DNA of 64,000 nt, from contig JAYWIR010000031.1 of assembly GCA_036172245.1 (NCBI GenBank), positions 620,001 to 684,000 on the forward strand, given 5' to 3'. Positions 62,201 to 64,000 of the stretch are shown here, piece after piece (positions within the stretch are counted from its first letter, which is position 1; the number at the start of each line of letters is the position of its first letter). This stretch comes from Raillietiella orientalis. Lineage: Eukaryota. Made by a program: the position numbers and the translations under genes. Below the pieces are notes generated by a model, which saw only the letters and a list, made by a program, of their open reading frames with translations, was not told the origin of the DNA and ran no database searches.

Positions 62201-64000
62201 AAGTGGGCCACACTTACAATGACACAGCTCAGTTCGTGTTCAAGCACGAAGTCGTCAGAGAGGCACATCACCTCAGGTCGTTGCCTGAGGTGACGCACGT
62301 GAATTTGGATTCTACAGATCTGTCAAAGCCAACCGCTCGAGCATGTAATAGAAAGTTCAGCATCTCACAAAACTCCAGTAGAGTACCTCTGCCTCGGCAT
62401 TGCTATCAAGTAGAGAGGGGAGAAAAGCAGAACTAAACTTCAAAGGGAATATTGTTCCAGTTTTTCTTATTTATGGTGTTTTTCCTTCTTCAAAAATGTC
62501 AGCGCGAAAGGAGGAAAAGCCATCACCCTCAAAAGGAACGCTTGCAGAAACTTCGTTACACAGTATTGGCATCCTGTTACTTTCCTTAATCTTCCTTACA
62601 CGAAGAAAACAATCCCTAGGGATAAAATACTTCGGGCTGTAAATATTGTTTATTTTGATGAAAAGGGACTGATGTTAGGAAAGGCAGCGAAACTGACCAA
62701 GATTTATGGAGAGAAGAAATGGGTTTCTGAGAAAGCCCACTTATGTTTCCCTAACTGTTTTCTAATCCTATAAAGTCTGTGAAGTGAAAGTTAAGAAACA
62801 GAGAATTGTTTATGACATCAGATGGACCAATTCTGCAGGCGCAACTGCTTGACGTCTCATTGTGTAATTCGGCTGAAACAGAGGGTTTCACTTTTAGACT
62901 CCGCGGACAAGCAAAGTAGACCTGGAAAATTCGAATCCATGTGCTAATTATGAAGCCGAGGAAGATGAAATCTTGTTTTAAAAATTTGCATTTCAAAGCA
63001 TCAATGTAACCGAAGGACATCTACAAAAAAAGGAATTATGCAGCACGAACCTGCGCTTAGACTTATTTATGTACTGAGCATCATGTTGCTGCTTCATCAG
63101 CCCTACTACCTTCCCACTGTTTCACGATGCAACATCTGAAATGCCGAGTCATCCCCGTCATTGATAGCCATGTGTCTTCCGCATCCAGCGCGGATCGCTG
63201 GCAGCGGATCCTACACCACCAGAAAGGTCAGGTGTGTTGTAAGCCGGAAGTGAATCCTCATTTGGGCCTGAAGCCATGGCAGCTTCTCGTTTTCGCTGCC
63301 CCTCGTGGGTTTAACACCAAGCAAACTTGGATCCATTTCGTCCTCGTTACGGGTTCAATTTATGGAGAGTACACTCTCGCTTTTCTCCATTTCCGTGTAT
63401 TCGATGAGTGAGTGTTTTGAATCCGAAATTTTTCGCTCTGCGATCATATGCACTTGGTCCACGTTGAAGAAGTCTCCCTGAATCCATCCCTGGACAAAAT
63501 TTTTTTTGAAATCGTGGCAGCACCTTGAGGCAGCCTCAAGGATCCCGCTTCCGGGATCATTATTCTGGAAGGGTTTCCGCGTAAAACTGGTGGAGCACCT
63601 ACAACTGTGCGTGTGATGGGAGCTCACAGCAAATAGGCGAGCCCCTGCCATATTATCAGTTCCTTTTCTTGGCTACTAATGAGATTGTTATCTTCGTAAC
63701 TATTGAATGGCTTTCTTTCCATTGTATTTTCCAAAGAAAAAGTAATCAGTACAGTCTTCTGAGAGAGAGATCGATTGCTGGGAAATGAAATTTGCTATAA
63801 CTCTGTTACTGAAGTCTTCTTCGCTTTTTTTTAAAAATAAACAGAACGCTAAGAAGCGTACAAGAATCCTTTGACATTTGTGCTTTTCGCAGCTTTGATT
63901 TCCTTTTGAATAGGTCAGCGCTGCTGGGATTTTAGGTTGAGGATAGCCGAGGAGGTGGAACATCTTGAGCTTCTTTGTTCGAGCACATCGGATAAATATG

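Overview
Eukaryotic, gene-poor, repeat-rich DNA, most likely from an invertebrate animal (A/T homopolymers, GTAAG/GTGAG donors, TTTCAG acceptors). I can support no intact protein-coding gene, rRNA, functional tRNA or CRISPR array. The recognisable content is mostly transposable-element debris. (1) Five copies of a long (~0.8 kb) tRNA-headed SINE-like element with an internal array of ~40-48 bp units. (2) Several fragments of L1/Tx1-type non-LTR retrotransposons. Three related copies share a 45-nt 3'-UTR RNA structure with compensatory base changes and a terminal CCCGG-N5-CCGGG hairpin. Two of them sit inside SINE copies and are flanked by apparent target-site duplications. (3) Relics of mariner, pogo/Tigger and Ty3/Gypsy integrase, and a probable TA-flanked MITE. 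There are also weak, degenerate gene-like fragments, the best being a neurotrophin/cystine-knot-like pseudogene. All family assignments come from motif recognition by eye; no searches were run.
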